DNA from: Scyliorhinus canicula
Lineage: Eukaryota
Assembly: GCF_902713615.1 (NCBI RefSeq)
Contig: NC_052149.1
Span: 126,545,256-126,609,255, forward strand
Reading direction: 5' to 3'
DNA: 64,000 bases
The notes under the pieces were generated by a model. It was not told where the DNA came from. It saw only the letters and a list, made by a program, of their open reading frames with translations, and made no database searches. How positions within the stretch are numbered: the stretch's first letter is position 1; each line of letters starts with the position of its first letter. The position numbers and the translations under genes were made by a program. Shown piece by piece: positions 12,748 to 25,659 of the stretch.

Positions 12748-13389
12748 GGGCTGGATTCTCTGATTGCCGACGGCGAAATTGCATTCAGCGATTGGCCGGA
12801 GAATCCATTTTGAGGCCAGAATCGGGGGCGGCGCCATTTTTTAGAGGCTCTGCCCCCTCCAAAATGGCGACATTGGGGTGTATGCCGCACTCTGTTGGGA
12901 CGGCCTCAGGATGTCACCTGAAGGCCCTCACCCGATGCTCCATCCCCAATGGGCCAACTTCCCGACGATGTGGATCACTTGTGGTCTGAGATTTTGTCAA
13001 CCTGGTGTGGTGGCTGCGGAGTGTGTCCAGCACCGCGGCAGTCAGGGGGTGGAGCCGTTCCATTGGCCGGGGGGGGGCTTCGGCGGGAGCTGGGGGGAAT
13101 GGTGGGGGGATAGTCCGGGGTTGGCGAGAGGGGTTACGGGGGGGGGGGGTACTACCTGGCAGGCTGGGTCCGCGCATGGCTGGCACCATATTGTACGGTA
13201 CGGCCACCGCAGTTTGCTGCCGTGCACATTCGTGGCCATGACTCGCCAATTCTCCATCCGTATCTGCAGGTAAAGCCGGGGGTTTTACATGGCACGGCTG
13301 CTGGCCCCCCCACTGGGCGGCGCCAACCTTTTCATCGTAGTACTAGGCACATGCTCCGGACATAGCCTCAAAGTCGGAGAAAGCAGCCC
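12748..13389. mobile_element. Harbinger-type MITE, 642 bp
   Basis: TIRs GGGCTGGATTCTCTGATT / AGTCGGAGAAAGCAGCCC, with 3-bp TSD AGA on both sides. Confidence 0.8.
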
Positions 13390-13410
13390 AGATTTCAGGA
13401 AAAACACACA

Positions 13411-14345
13411 GGACGGGATTCTCCTTTTCTGAGATTAAGGACTGATTCTCCGATTTTGAGGCTCTGTCTGAAAGAAGTGTCGAGTTTTACGATGGAACAG
13501 TTGGCATTGCCCTCGCACCGATGCTCTGCCCGGTGGGGGGCTAGCATTTGGCAGTGCCCTCGCTCCCGCCCGGTGAGGGGCCAGCAGTTGGCAGTGCCCT
13601 CGCACCGATGCCCCGCCCGGTGGGGGGCCAGCAGTTGGCAGTGCCCTCGCACCGATGCCCCGCAAGGTGGGGGGCTAGCAGTTGGCAGTGCCCTCGCACC
13701 GATGCTCCGCCCGGGGTGGGGGGCTAGCAGTTGGCAGTGCCCTCGCACCGATGCCCCGCCCGGTGGGGGGCTAGCAGTTGGCAGTGCCCTCGCACCGATG
13801 CCCCGCCCGGTGGGGGGCTAGCAGTTGGCAGTGCCCTCGCACCGATGCTCCGCCCGGGGTGGGGCTAGCAGTTGGCAGTGCCCTCGCACCGATGCTCTGC
13901 CCGGTGGGGGGCTAGCAGTTGGCAGTGCCCTCGCACCGATGCTCCGCCCGGGGTAGGGGGCTAGCAGTTGGCAGTGCCCTCGCACCGATGCTCCGCCCGG
14001 GGTGGGGGGGGCTAGCAGTTGGCAGTGCCCTCGCACCGATGCTCCGCCCGGGGTGGGGGGGCCAGCAGTTGCCCCACATAAAACCCACAGCATTCCCGAC
14101 AGAAACGGCCAGAGAATTGCCGGGGCCGTGGCTGCGCATGCTCACGGCGGCGTCCTGCAGCGGTTGCGCCACACAGCATGGTGCGGCCGCATGCGGACCC
14201 GGTCTGCCAGATAGTGCCCCCCTGTAATCCCCCTCGCCATCCCCGGGCAACCCCCCCCCAACCAGTCCCCTCAGCCCCCACTGAAGCCCCCTACCCCAGC
14301 CAATGGAACGGCTCCAACCCCTGACTGTGGCAGTGTTGGACACTC
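13411..14345. mobile_element. Harbinger-type MITE in opposite orientation, carrying a ~49-bp G-rich tandem repeat (13495-14070)
   Basis: Starts GGACGGGATTCTCC. 14290-14345 is the reverse complement of 13020-13075. Repeat unit GCAGTTGGCAGTGCCCTCGCACCGATGCTCCGCCCGGGGTGGGGGGCTA. Confidence 0.7.
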
Positions 14346-14409
14346 ACCACCCCCACCCAATCCCACCCCCATCCCACCCCCATCCCTCCCCCCCACCCCC
14401 CACCTCCTA

Positions 14410-17400
14410 TACCACCTATACCTTCGTCCAGATCATTTATGTATATCACAAACAACAGTGGTCCGAGCACGGATCCCTGTGGAAAACCACTAGTCACCTT
14501 TCTCCATTTTGAGAAACTCCCTTCCACCTGTTGCCTCTGTCTCCTGTTGCCCAGCCAGTTCTTTATCCATCTAGCTAGTATATCCTGAACCCCATACGAC
14601 TTCACTTTTTCCATCAACCTGCCGTGGGAAACTTTATCAAATGCTTTACTGAAGTCCATGTATATGACATCTACAGCCCTTCCCTCATCAATCAACTTTG
14701 TCACTTCCTCAAAGAATTCTATTAGGTTTGTAAGACATGACCTTCCCTGCACAAAACCATGCTGCCTATCACTGATAAGTCTATTTTCTTCCAAATGTGA
14801 ATAGATCCTATCCCTCAGTATCTTCTCCAATAGTTTGCCTGCCACAGACGTCAAGCTCACAGGTCTATAATTCCCTTGATTATCCCTGCTACCCTTCTTA
14901 AACAAAGGGACAACATTAGCACTCTCCAGTCCTCCGGAACCTCACCCGTGCTCAAGGAGGCTGCAAAGATATCTGTTAAGGCCCCAGCTATTTTGTCCCT
15001 CGCTTCCCTCAGTAACCTGGGATAGATCCCATCCGGTCCTGGGGACTTGTCCACCTTAATGCCTTTTAGAATACCCAAAACCTCCCCTTTCCTTATGCCG
15101 ACGTGACCTAGAGTATTTAAACATCCATCCCTAGCCTCAACATCCGTCTTGTCCCTCTCCTTTGTGAATACCGATGCCAAGTACTCATTAAGAATCTCAC
15201 TCATTTCCTCTGACTCCACGCATAAATTCCCTCTTTTGTCTTTGAGTGGGCCAATCCTTTCTCTAGTTACCCTCTTGCTCCTTATATATGAATAAAGGGC
15301 TTTGGGATTTCCCTTAACCCTGTTAGCCAAAGATATTTCATGACCCCTTTTAGCTCTCTTTATTGGGTTTGAGATTTGTCTACCATCCCGATATTCCTCC
15401 AAAGCTTCATCAGTTTTGAGTCGCCTCGATCTTATGTATGCTTCCTTTTTCATCTTAGCTAGTCTCACAATTCCACCCGTCATCCGTGGTTCCCTAATCT
15501 TGCCATTTCTATCTCTCATTTTCACAGGAACATGTCTGTCCTGCACTCTAATCAACCTTTCCTTAAAAGACACCCACAGTTCAAATGTGGATTTCCCCTT
15601 AAACAGCTGCTCCCAATCCACATTCCCTAGCTCCTGCCGAATTTTGTTATACATGGCCTTTCCCCAATTTAGCACTCTTCCTTTAGGACCACTCTTGTCT
15701 TTGTCCATGAGTATTCTAAAACTTACGGAATTGTGATCGCTATTCCCAAAGTACCCACCAACTGAAACTTCAACCACCTGGCCGGGATCATTCCCCAACA
15801 CCAGGTCCAGTATGGCCCCTTCCCGAGTTGGACTACTTACATACTGCTCTAAAAAACTCTCCTGGATGCTCCTTACAAATTCTGCTCCATCTACACCTCC
15901 AACAATACATGAGTCCCATTCACTGTTGGGGAAGTTAAAATCTCCCATCACAACCACCCGATTGTTCTATAATCTGTCTACATATTTGTAACTCTACTTC
16001 AAGCTTGCTTTCGGGAGGCTTGTAGTAAAGTCCCAATAATGTTACTGCACCCTTCCTATTTCTTAGCTCTATCGATATTGCCTCAGTGCTCGAATCCTCC
16101 ATCGTGCCCTCCTTAATCACAGCTGTGATATCATCTCTGACTAGTAATGCAACTCATCCACCCCTTTTACCTCCCTCTCTATCCCTACTGAAGCATCTAT
16201 ACCCTGGGATATTTAGTTTCCAGTCTTGCCCTTCCCTCAACCAAGTCTCAGTAATACCAATAACATCATATTCCCAGGTATTAATCCAAGCCCTAAATTC
16301 ACCTGCCTTACCTGCGACACTTCTTGCATTATAACAAATGCACCACAGACCACCTGTCCCTTTGCGTTCATCATCTCTTCCCGTCTACTCTTCCCCTTAT
16401 TCACATTGAGTTTATTATCTGGTACCTTACTGGCTTTAGTTGCTGCCTCTTTACTGACCTCTAACTCCCTAATCTGGTTCCCATTCCCCTGCCAGATTAG
16501 TTTAAAACCTCCCCAACAGTGTTAGCAAAAGCACCCCCTTGGACATTGGTTCCAGTCCTGCCCAGGTGTAGACCATCCGATTTGTAATGGTCCCACCACC
16601 CCCAGAACCGGTTCCAATGACAAAAACATCTGAACCCCTCCCTCCTGCACCATCTCTCAAGCCACATATTCATTCTGACTATTCTTGAATTTCTACTCTG
16701 ACTGTCCCGTGGCACTGGTACCAATCCTGAGATTACTACCTTTGAGGTCCTACTTTTTAACTTATCTCCTAACTCCCTAAATTCTGATTGTAGGACCTCA
16801 TCCTATTTTTTACCTATATCGTTGGTGTCTTTATGCACCATGACAACTGGGTGTTCACCCTCCCCCTTCAGTATGTCCTGCAGCCGATCTGAGATGTCCC
16901 TGACCCGTGCACCCGGGAGGCAACATTCCAATTGGGAGTCTCGTTTCCGACCACAGAAACGCCTGTCTACTCCCCTTACGATTGAATCCCCTATGACTAT
17001 AGCCCTGCCAGTCTTTTTCCCGCCCTTCTGTGCAGCAGAGCCAGCCACGGTGCCATGAGCCTGGCTACTACTGCCTTCCCCTGGTGAGTCATCTCCCCCA
17101 ACAGTATCCAAAACGGTATACCTGTTTTGGAGGGAGATGACTGCAGGGGACACCTGCATTGCCTTCCTGCTCTTTCTCGGCCTTTTGGTCACCCATTCCC
17201 TGTCTCCTTCACCAATACTAATATGCGTGTGACCTACTCACTGAACGTGCTATCCACGACCTCCTCAGCATCGCGGATGCTCCAAAGTGAGTCCATCCGC
17301 AGCTCCAGAGCCATCATGTGGTCTAACAGGAGCTGCAGCTGGACACACTTCCTGCACATGAAGGAGTCAGGGGCATCGGCCGCGTCCCTGAACTCCCACA

Positions 17401-17600
17401 TTGAGCACGAGGAGCATAACACGGGTATGGGATCTCCTGCCATTTTTACACTTTACCTTAACTGATTACAAATATAATATCAAATAATGAATAAGTGAAA
17501 GGAATAAGGATTCTACTTACCAATCAGGTGACTGCTTTGCTGTGATGTCACTCTTCAAGGTAAGTTTTTAAAGACGACCCCTGGCCACTGTTCCCGCTGG
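14410..17600 (-). mobile_element. CR1 LINE, 3'-truncated and frameshifted. ORF1 has a Cys motif and an SGNH esterase domain; ORF2 has APE endonuclease and RT.
   Basis: ORF1 IVIGDSIVRGVDRRFCG...CCLPGARVRD. Endonuclease MGDFNFP and [56 protein letters not shown]. Confidence 0.95.
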
Positions 17601-17649
17601 AAATCTGAAGGATGCTTCTCCTGCAGGCTGTGACGTCACAGTTCAACTT

Positions 17650-20203
17650 CTTTCTACTACTACCTGCCCTCGAGCCTTCTTCTTGATCTTTACTCGGCTG
17701 GGATCCTTACAGCGGTTGTGTTTTTTTTTGCAACAGCCAATCAGTGGCTCCGAGCTACTGCCCTCTGCTGGATGCTTGCCTGGAGGATCACTTGCGTCTC
17801 GACCAGGGTCTCGATGCCCGAGGCCTTGGAGAACAGGGAGTGGACCATCTCTGTCTGGGTCTATACCACATTACCCAATGGCTGTGCCACCACCCTCTGG
17901 GTCTATACCACATTACCCAATGAATGTGCCACCACCCTCTGGGTCTGTGCCACATCAGCCAGTGACTGTGCCACCTCCCTCTGGGTCTGTGCCACATCAG
18001 CCAGTGACTGTGCCACCTCCCTCTGGGTCTGTGCCACATCAGCCAGTGACTGTGCCACCTCCCTCTGGCACTGGCCCAAGTCAGCCAGTGCCCGGGCAAT
18101 GCCATCGACGCCCTCAACCATGACCTGTTGTGACTGTGCCACGCTCTGGAGCGCCACTACAATGTCCAGGTGGCTCTGGTACATGGCTGTCTGTGACAGC
18201 ACAACCCTGTACTGGGGCTCGGCCCTCACCCACACAGAGTGCCCCAGACCTTGGACATCCTGACACATGGCCAATACCTTTGCCCACAAGACCTTCACCG
18301 CGGGTGGCACCCATGCTGTGTTGGTCTGGGCAGCACGCATGGTCGGCACCATACCCTGCACCTGCAGTCCATTGGACTTCTCACACTGCACCTGCAGGCG
18401 CTGGATGATTGCTGACAGCCCCTCCTGTAGTCCCCGGCTCTGTGACTGTATCTCCATTATTGATGGGACCGTCGTTTCCAGAATCCCGCAACCCGTCCTG
18501 CAGCACCTGGTCCCTGTCAGGGTGCCCTCTGACCGTCTGCCCACTCGGGAGTTCCTACCTCCTCCTGATGTACCACAGTACGTGTGTGGGGCACACCAGA
18601 GAGTGTCCCAGGAACCTCTTCACTAAAGTGCCCAACCGAGGTGAGTGTCTCTGGGCTTGTGGAGGGTGTTGGAGACGCTGTGATGGGACGTCAGTGTCAG
18701 CCTGGGACCGGCGCTCCGGGTTTCTCGAGCTGTGGTTCGAGGGCTCCCGTTGCTGTCCATGTCCTCTTCCTCACTGCTATCCACCTGGAGTTGTGGTTGG
18801 GGGTGGGGACACCAGAAGGGTCCCCTCATTGCCATGTGATCCTGCAAGACCCAAACATGACGCATTATTGGAACATGGGTTGGGGTGGTGGGTGGTGGTG
18901 GAGGAGGGGGGGGGTGGTGTTGGGGTGGTGGCGGGGCAGTGTGGGTGTGGTGGCAGTGGAGGAGTGGATGGGGAGGGAGCATGGGGTGGAGGTGCTGGTG
19001 GTGACATATGGGTGCCATGGGGAACCACAACTCAGTGGGGTCTCAGTTGCTCGCCTGATACCGACCACCGCCTCGGCAACTGCCCTCTCTCCAGGCCCAC
19101 CAACCAGGTCCAGTGCCCGCTTCCCCAGTACGGTGAGAGGCTGCAGGTCCGGCAGGCCCCCTCCACTCTCTTCCCTCTCCCGGCGGCTGTGGGTAGCTTT
19201 CTCCTGCTGGGGTGGGGGAGGGAGACAGAAAACACACTGTGTTAGACAATCAGACACATACAACACAGGAGGTGGGCAGATGGTGGCCATTGTGGCCAGG
19301 GCACCGGCCATGGCAGCCAGTATGGGTGCTGGCATGTGCTGCAGGGTGGGGAGTGTTCGCCCTCTGGGAGGGGGAGGCGGGGTTACGGGGGTTAGTGCCA
19401 GGGGCACAGCGCTGCCGACTTACCTTGGCCTCGTTGAGGAGGTGGTGCAGTCTTTTATGGCACTGCTGTCCGGACCTGGTGGAGGGGTCCATGACGCTCA
19501 AGGCATCTTACACCTCCATCCAGGCCCGGTGTACGGCAACAGTGACAACCTTCTTCTCACCCCGGGGTACAGGGTAGCCCGCTTTTCCTCCATGGCGTCC
19601 AGCAAGGTCTCCAGCTCAGTGTCTGTGAACCGGGGTGCTGCTCTCACTGCTGCCATCTTGTTGTTTGGAATGAGTGTGTGGGGAGTGAAGTGCGACTTTG
19701 CAGCAGCAGCTTGTCAGCCTCTCGACTGTCAATCCCGACTCCGGCAAATCCAACACTGTTTCCCGTTGGAATCAATCGTTTCCCACTTGGCACCGGTGCT
19801 AGCCCCATTAACGGCTAATGAATTGCTCCAGTCGCGCCCGCGCAGTTGACGGGCGCTGGTTGGGGACCGCTGAAAGGAGGTCCCCGCGGCGATTCCCCAC
19901 GGTTGACCAGCCGAGATACCGCCGGCATGGTTCACGTATGGCTCCTTCCAATGGGCGTTCAGCGTCGCAGCTGCGGTGGCCGTCCTGGTGTGGGGAGGGG
20001 GCATCGGTCTCCGTAGGCGGGGGGCCTCCACAACGGCCAGGCCCGCAATCGAGGCCCACCAATCGGAGTGCGCGGGCGATCACTGGTGAGGCGGGGCCTA
20101 CCTTCTCCGTGCTGGACCCCCTGTGGGATTCAGAATCGCTAGACCAAGAGGCCCGTTAAAGCCGGCGTGAAACACTTTGCCGCGTTTTTAGAGAATCCCG
20201 GCC
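17650..20203 (-). mobile_element. Harbinger transposon half carrying the intron-containing Myb/SANT-like (MSANTD/NAIF1-type) gene, degenerate
   Basis: MAAVRAAPRFTDTELETLLDAMEEKRATLYPG...RSGQQCHKRLHHLLNEAK is followed by a GTAAGT donor (~19425). The next exon reads EKATHSRREREESGGGLPDLQPLT. TIR GAGAATCCCGGCC ends at 20203. Confidence 0.85.
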
Positions 20204-20626
20204 ACTGTCTATTGATTTTAGTTCCTGGTTCTTCGGATACGACACTTGCTCCGTCTCATTTGTACCATCGCATCAGCAGCTCCTGGAGGAGGGGGAGAGG
20301 CAGTCAGGGCCTCAGCACGAGGCCATATCCACCGAGAATCTTCCAGAAGCTCTTTTAATAATCTAATTATTGACTAAATGGTGGGAAGAGATTGTGAGGA
20401 CAATGTTACCATGGAGATGAATGGGATACTGTAACCATGGTAGCAAGGTGATCAGAATGGATTGGGAAGAATAAACTCGGTTTTGCTGCCTCTACGTGGT
20501 TATATTGAGATCACATTTATGTTTCCTTAATAAACTGTGATTTAGTGGAAATGTATATGGACCATCGAGAAAAATGGACAAATTACTGTCAGACTTGTGA
20601 GTGAACAAAGGAACACACCACACAGA

Positions 20627-22420
20627 CTAGATTGTGAACTGTGATGTACCTGTGTACACAGACTGGATTGTGAAGTGTGATGTACCTGTGTACACAGACT
20701 GGATTGTGAAGTGTGATGTACCTGTGTACACAGACTGGATTATGTAGTGTGGTGTACCTGTGCACAGACTGGATTGTGAAGTGTGATGTACCTGTGTACA
20801 CAGACTGGATTGTGAAGTGTGATGTACCTGTGTACACAGACTGGATTGTGAAGTGCGATGCACCTGTGTACACAGGCTGGATTGTGAAGTGCGATGTCCC
20901 TGTGTACACAGACTGGATTGTGAAGTGTGATGTACCTGTGTACACAGACTGGATTGTGATGTGTGATGTACCTGTGTGCACAGACTGGATTGTGAAGTGT
21001 GATGTACCTGTGTAGACAGATTGGATTGTGAAGTGTGATGTACCTGTGTACACAGACTGGATTGTGAAGTGTCATGTACCTGTGTACACAGACTGGATTG
21101 TGAAGTGTGATGTACCAGTGTACACAGACTGGATTGTGAAGTGTGATGTACCTGTGTACACAGACTGGATTGTGAAGTGTGATGTACCAGTGTACACAGA
21201 CTGGATTGTGAAGTGTGATGTACCTGTGTGCACAGACTGGATTGTGAAGTGTGATGTACCTGTGCACACAGACTGGATTGTGAAGTGTGATGTACCAGTG
21301 TACACAGACTGGATTGTGAAGTGTGATGTACCTGTGTACACAGACTGGATTGTGAAGTGTGATGTACCTGTGTACACAGACTGGATTGTGAAGTGTCATG
21401 TACCTGTGTACACAGACTGGATTGTGAAGTGTGATGTACCAGTGTACACAGACTGGATTGTGAAGTGTGATGTACCTGTGTACACAGACTGGATTGTGAA
21501 GTGTGATGTACCAGTGTACACAGACTGGATTGTGAAGTGTGATGTACCTGTGTGCACAGACTGGATTGTGAAGTGTGATGTACCTGTGCACACAGACTGG
21601 ATTGTGAAGTGTGATGTACCTGTGTACACAGACTGGATTGTGAAGTGTGATGTACCTGTGTACACAGACTGGATTGTGAAGTTGTGGTAATACCACTGTA
21701 TATATATGTGTGTGCCTGTATTAGGGGATGTACAATAGTACCGGCTATTACAGGTTTGTCGAAAGCCGCTGCATAGTTTGTCGGTAAGCCGCTGCCGGCT
21801 AGCTCCGCCCACAGGAGCAGGATAAATATCCATGAGGTCTCCTGAGCTGCCATTTTACAGCTCCACTTGAGGTAATAACATCTCACGGTAATAAAGCCTC
21901 TTTTGTACCGTTTCGTGTTTCTGTGTGCAATTGTTAGCGCAACAGCACTGTGATGTGCTTGTATACGCAGACTGGATTGTGAAGTGAGATGTACCTGTGT
22001 ACACAGACTGGATTGTGAAGTGTGATGTGCTTGTATACGCAGACTGGATTGTGAAGTGAGATGTACCTGTGTGCACAGACTGGATTGTGAAGTGAGATGT
22101 ACCTGTGTACACAGACTGGATTGTGAAGTGTGATGAACCTGTGTACACAGACTGGATTGTGAAGTGTGATGTACCTGTGTACACAGACTGGATTGTGAAG
22201 TGTGACGTACCTGTGTACACAGACTGGATTGTGAAGTGTGATGTACCTGTGTACACAGACAGAATTGTGAAGTGTGATGTACCTGTGTACACAGACTGGA
22301 TTGTGAAGTGTGATGTACCTGTGTACACGAATTGGATTGTGAAGTGAGATGTACCTGTGTACACAGACTGGATTGTGAAGTGTGACGTACCTGTGTAGAC
22401 AGACAGGATTGTAAAATGTG
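20627..22420. repeat. Second array of the 36-bp satellite, inverted relative to 1-4961, ~42 copies, interrupted by a solo LTR
   Basis: Unit GATGTACCTGTGTACACAGACTGGATTGTGAAGTGT is the reverse complement of the first array. It is more diverged. Confidence 0.98.
21683..21944 (+). mobile_element. Solo LTR within the satellite
   Basis: TGTGGTAA...GCGCAACA ends, internal GATAAATA and AATAAA. The 5-bp flanks match only 3/5 (GAAGT/GCACT). Confidence 0.7.
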
Positions 22421-22425
22421 AGCAT

Positions 22426-22717
22426 TGCTGCGACCATCAATTCACTCGGAGACTCGAGTCAAAGTATACATTCGTTTTAGTGAGCTTACAACATTGCCTG
22501 CCTGCGACCGGTACATTACTGAAGGCGGTCCCGCAGGTCAGCTGCTCTTATGCTTCCTGAAAGGGGCGGTGCCATGGGCGGAGCCCCTACATGCTCCACA
22601 TCTCCCCCATTGGGTGAAGCCACACAGTGGCCCATAGATGGAGCCCACAGGGTTAATACCATGGTCTAATGCAACACAGTATACTGGTGAATTAATAGTT
22701 CTTATACTTTCACCACA
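22426..22717 (-). mobile_element. Solo LTR related to 21683-21944 and 41338-41584
   Basis: On minus it reads TGTGGTGAA...AATTGATGGTCGCAGCA. No TSD found. Confidence 0.65.
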
Positions 22718-22831
22718 CACTACAAAAGAGGAAATTCAAAGGTGGCCTGGCATTACCGAACCGGCAATACTACCACTGGGCAGCAATGGCAGAAAGACTG
22801 AGAGGATGGGTAAACAAATCCAACTCAGAGC

Positions 22832-23162
22832 GGGGCAGCACGGTAGCATGGTGGTTAGCATAAATGCTTCACAGCTCCAGGGTCCCAGGTTCGGTTCCCG
22901 GCTGGGTCACTGTCTGTGTGGAGTCTGCACGTCCTCCCCGTGTGTGCGTGGGTTTCCTCCGGGTGCTCCGGTTTCCTCCCACAATCCAAAGATGTGCGGG
23001 TTAGGTGGATTGGCCATGATAGTTTGCCCGTAGTGTCCTTAAAAATAAGGTAAAGGGGGGGGGGGGGGGGGTGGTTTTGGGTTACGGGTGTAGGGTAGAT
23101 GCGTGGGTTTGAGTAGGGTGATCACTGCTCGGCACAACATCGAGGGCCGAAGGGTCTGTTCT
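22832..23162 (+). mobile_element. tRNA-headed SINE, tail type C, with the end of the tail missing
   Basis: Nearly identical to 8139-8470. Confidence 0.9.
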
Positions 23163-23706
23163 GGGACACGCTGACAGTTAGGGGCTTTTACACAGGGCAC
23201 AGAGTGGCAGCACTGGACAAACTGACGGAGGAATGGGAACTGCCAACAGGACAGGGACACGCTGACAGTTAGGGGCTTTTACACAGGGCACAGAGTGGCA
23301 GCACTGGACAAACTGACGGAGGAATGGGAACTGCCAACAGGACAGGGACACGCTGACAGTTAGGGGCTTTTACACAGGGCACAGAGTGGCAGCACTGGAC
23401 AAACTGAAGGAGGAATGGGAACTGCCAACAGGACAGGGACACGCTGACAGTTAGGGGCTTTTACACAGGGCACAGAGTGGCAGCACTGGACAAACTGACG
23501 GAGGAATGGGAACTGCCAACAGGACAGGGACACGCTGACAGTGAGGGGCTTTTACACAGTGCACAGAGTGACAGCACTGGACAAACTGACGGAGGAATGG
23601 GAACTGCCAACAGGACAGGGACACGCTGACAGTTAGGGGCTTTTACACAGGGCACAGAGTGGCAGCACTGGACAAACTGACGGAGGAATGGGAACTGCCA
23701 ACAGGA
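23163..23706. repeat. 91-bp tandem repeat, ~6 copies, amplified from an L1 ORF2 segment
   Basis: GGGACACGCTGACAG recurs at 23163, 23254 and 23345. The last unit runs into L1-like LDKLTEEWELPTGKEMKHLRIKHFLRK. Confidence 0.9.
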
Positions 23707-24160
23707 AAGGAAATGAAACACCTGCGAATAAAGCACTTCCTCCGCAAAGAGACAGTCGGGTACCCCAGGGCCCCAGAGACCACACTACTAAAGAACCTGA
23801 TGAATACAGACAGTAAAGATGGGGGAAAATATACAGACAGCTTCTGGACAGAGCCCGAACACCATTGGACGAGACCGGATGGAAATGGGAAGATGAACTG
23901 GGGACAGATGTAGGGTGGGGGCTCTGGAGCGAAGCACTGAGCAGGGCTAACTCCACCTCCTCCTGCGCAAGGCTCAGCCTAATGCAGCTCAAAGTGGTGC
24001 ACAGAGCGCACCTGACCAGAACCCGAATGAGCAGGTTCTTCCCGGAGGTAGGGGATAAATGTGAACGGTGCCAGAGGGGCCTGGCCAACCACACCCATAT
24101 GTTCTGGGCTTGCCCCAAACTTGCTGTGTTCTGGACAGCCTTCTCTGAGGCAATAGGGAG
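23650..24160 (+). mobile_element. L1 ORF2 C-terminal fragment
   Basis: CARLSLMQLKVVHRAHLT...CERCQRGLANHTHMFWACPKL, the Cys-rich C-terminal region, similar to 44400-44900. Confidence 0.85.
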
Positions 24161-24767
24161 GCACAGTAACACAGTAATTAGCACAGTTGCTTCATAGCTC
24201 CAGGTCCCAGGTTCAATTCCCGGCTTGGGTCACTGTCTGTGCGGATTCTGCACGTTCTCCCCGTGTCAAATGCTGCCTCGATTTCAAGGGCAGTCACTCT
24301 CAGAGAAGGAAGGGCTGGAGAGACACAAAAGAGACAATGCGGGAGGGATGCCCCCCAGCCACCGCCCCCCTCCCCCCATCCCAGCCAATGGAGAAACATG
24401 GCCAAAGCCGACAGGGGGAAAAAAGAAAGAGGAGGGAGAAGGGGAGAAGAAGGGGGAAACCCCCCCCCCCCATACCAGCCAGGGAGGTCACAAGGGGGGA
24501 GGGGGGGCAGGGAGGGGAGGGGAGGGGCGGGCTGGTGGCGGGGGTGGGGGAGGACTACACTCCGAGCCAGATGGCAGCAGACTGCACACAGGAAAACTCA
24601 AGGGAAGGAAAAGACAAACCTTTCTGTGTTGTACAGTAAATGAACACGACCAGTAATGTATATAATTGTTTAGAATTCTTGATAATACAAATAAAAATAT
24701 TTTTTAATATACCCCACCTCACTCCCACCTTTCTCCACCCCTCCACTGTCGCTAAATTATCTGACTT

Positions 24768-25600
24768 GGGATTCTCCGGTGGCCGAGGGCGAAATCGCGT
24801 TCGGCCGGAGAACCAACTTTTACGACGAAATTGGGGCGGCGGCGCTTTCGTGATACTCCGCCCCCTCCAATGCGGCCTGCTCGAGGGGTACGCGGTATCA
24901 ACAGCCTCAGGATGTTGCCTGAGGCCCTCCCCCCCCCGATGCTCCGCCCCCTCCAACGCGGCCTGCTCGAGGGGTACGCAGCATCGACAGCCTCAGTATG
25001 TTGCCTGAGGCCCTCCCTCCCCCCCCCCCCCCCCCCCCGATGCTCCACCCCCTCCAATGCGGCCTGCTCGAGGGGTACGCAGTATCGTCAGCCTCAGGAT
25101 GTTGCCTGAGGCCTTCCCCCTCCCTCCCCCCGACCGCCCCCCGACCGGCCGAGTTCCCGATGGCGTCGGTCGCGTGTGCTGTGAATCGTGGGGAACTCGG
25201 TGTGGCGGCTGCGGACTCAGTCCATCACCACTACAGTCGGGGAGAGCTGATCCGCGGGCAGGGGGGACTTTGGCAGGGGCTGGGGGCAGTGTTAGGGGTT
25301 GGTCTGGGGGTAGCGAGTCGGCCAAAGGGGGGGCATTATTTTCCAGGTCAGGTCTGTGCGTGGCCGTCGCCTGGTTGTACGGAGCAGCCGCTGCAGGCCA
25401 CCGCCGTGCGTATGAGCGGCCACGGACGGCAATTCTCCGGGCCGTATCAGCAACTAAAGCCGGGTGCTCTACGCTGCCGGCATACTGGCACCAAGCCGGA
25501 CGGAGGATCCGTGGCCGTTTTGCACCGAATATACGGTCGTAAAACACCACCGTTCCCAAGCCGGCATCAGGACACAGCCGGAAAATCGGAAAATCCAACC
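24768..25600. mobile_element. Harbinger-type MITE (family of 12748-13389) with an internal ~90-bp triplication
   Basis: GGGATTCTCC start and GGAAAATCCAACCC end. CCCTCCAATGCGGCCTGCTCGAGGGGTACGC occurs three times. Confidence 0.75.
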
Positions 25601-25659
25601 CCTTATCCGACATCCAGCACTGGATCAGCTGAAATGTCCTCCAATTAAATATTGGGAAT

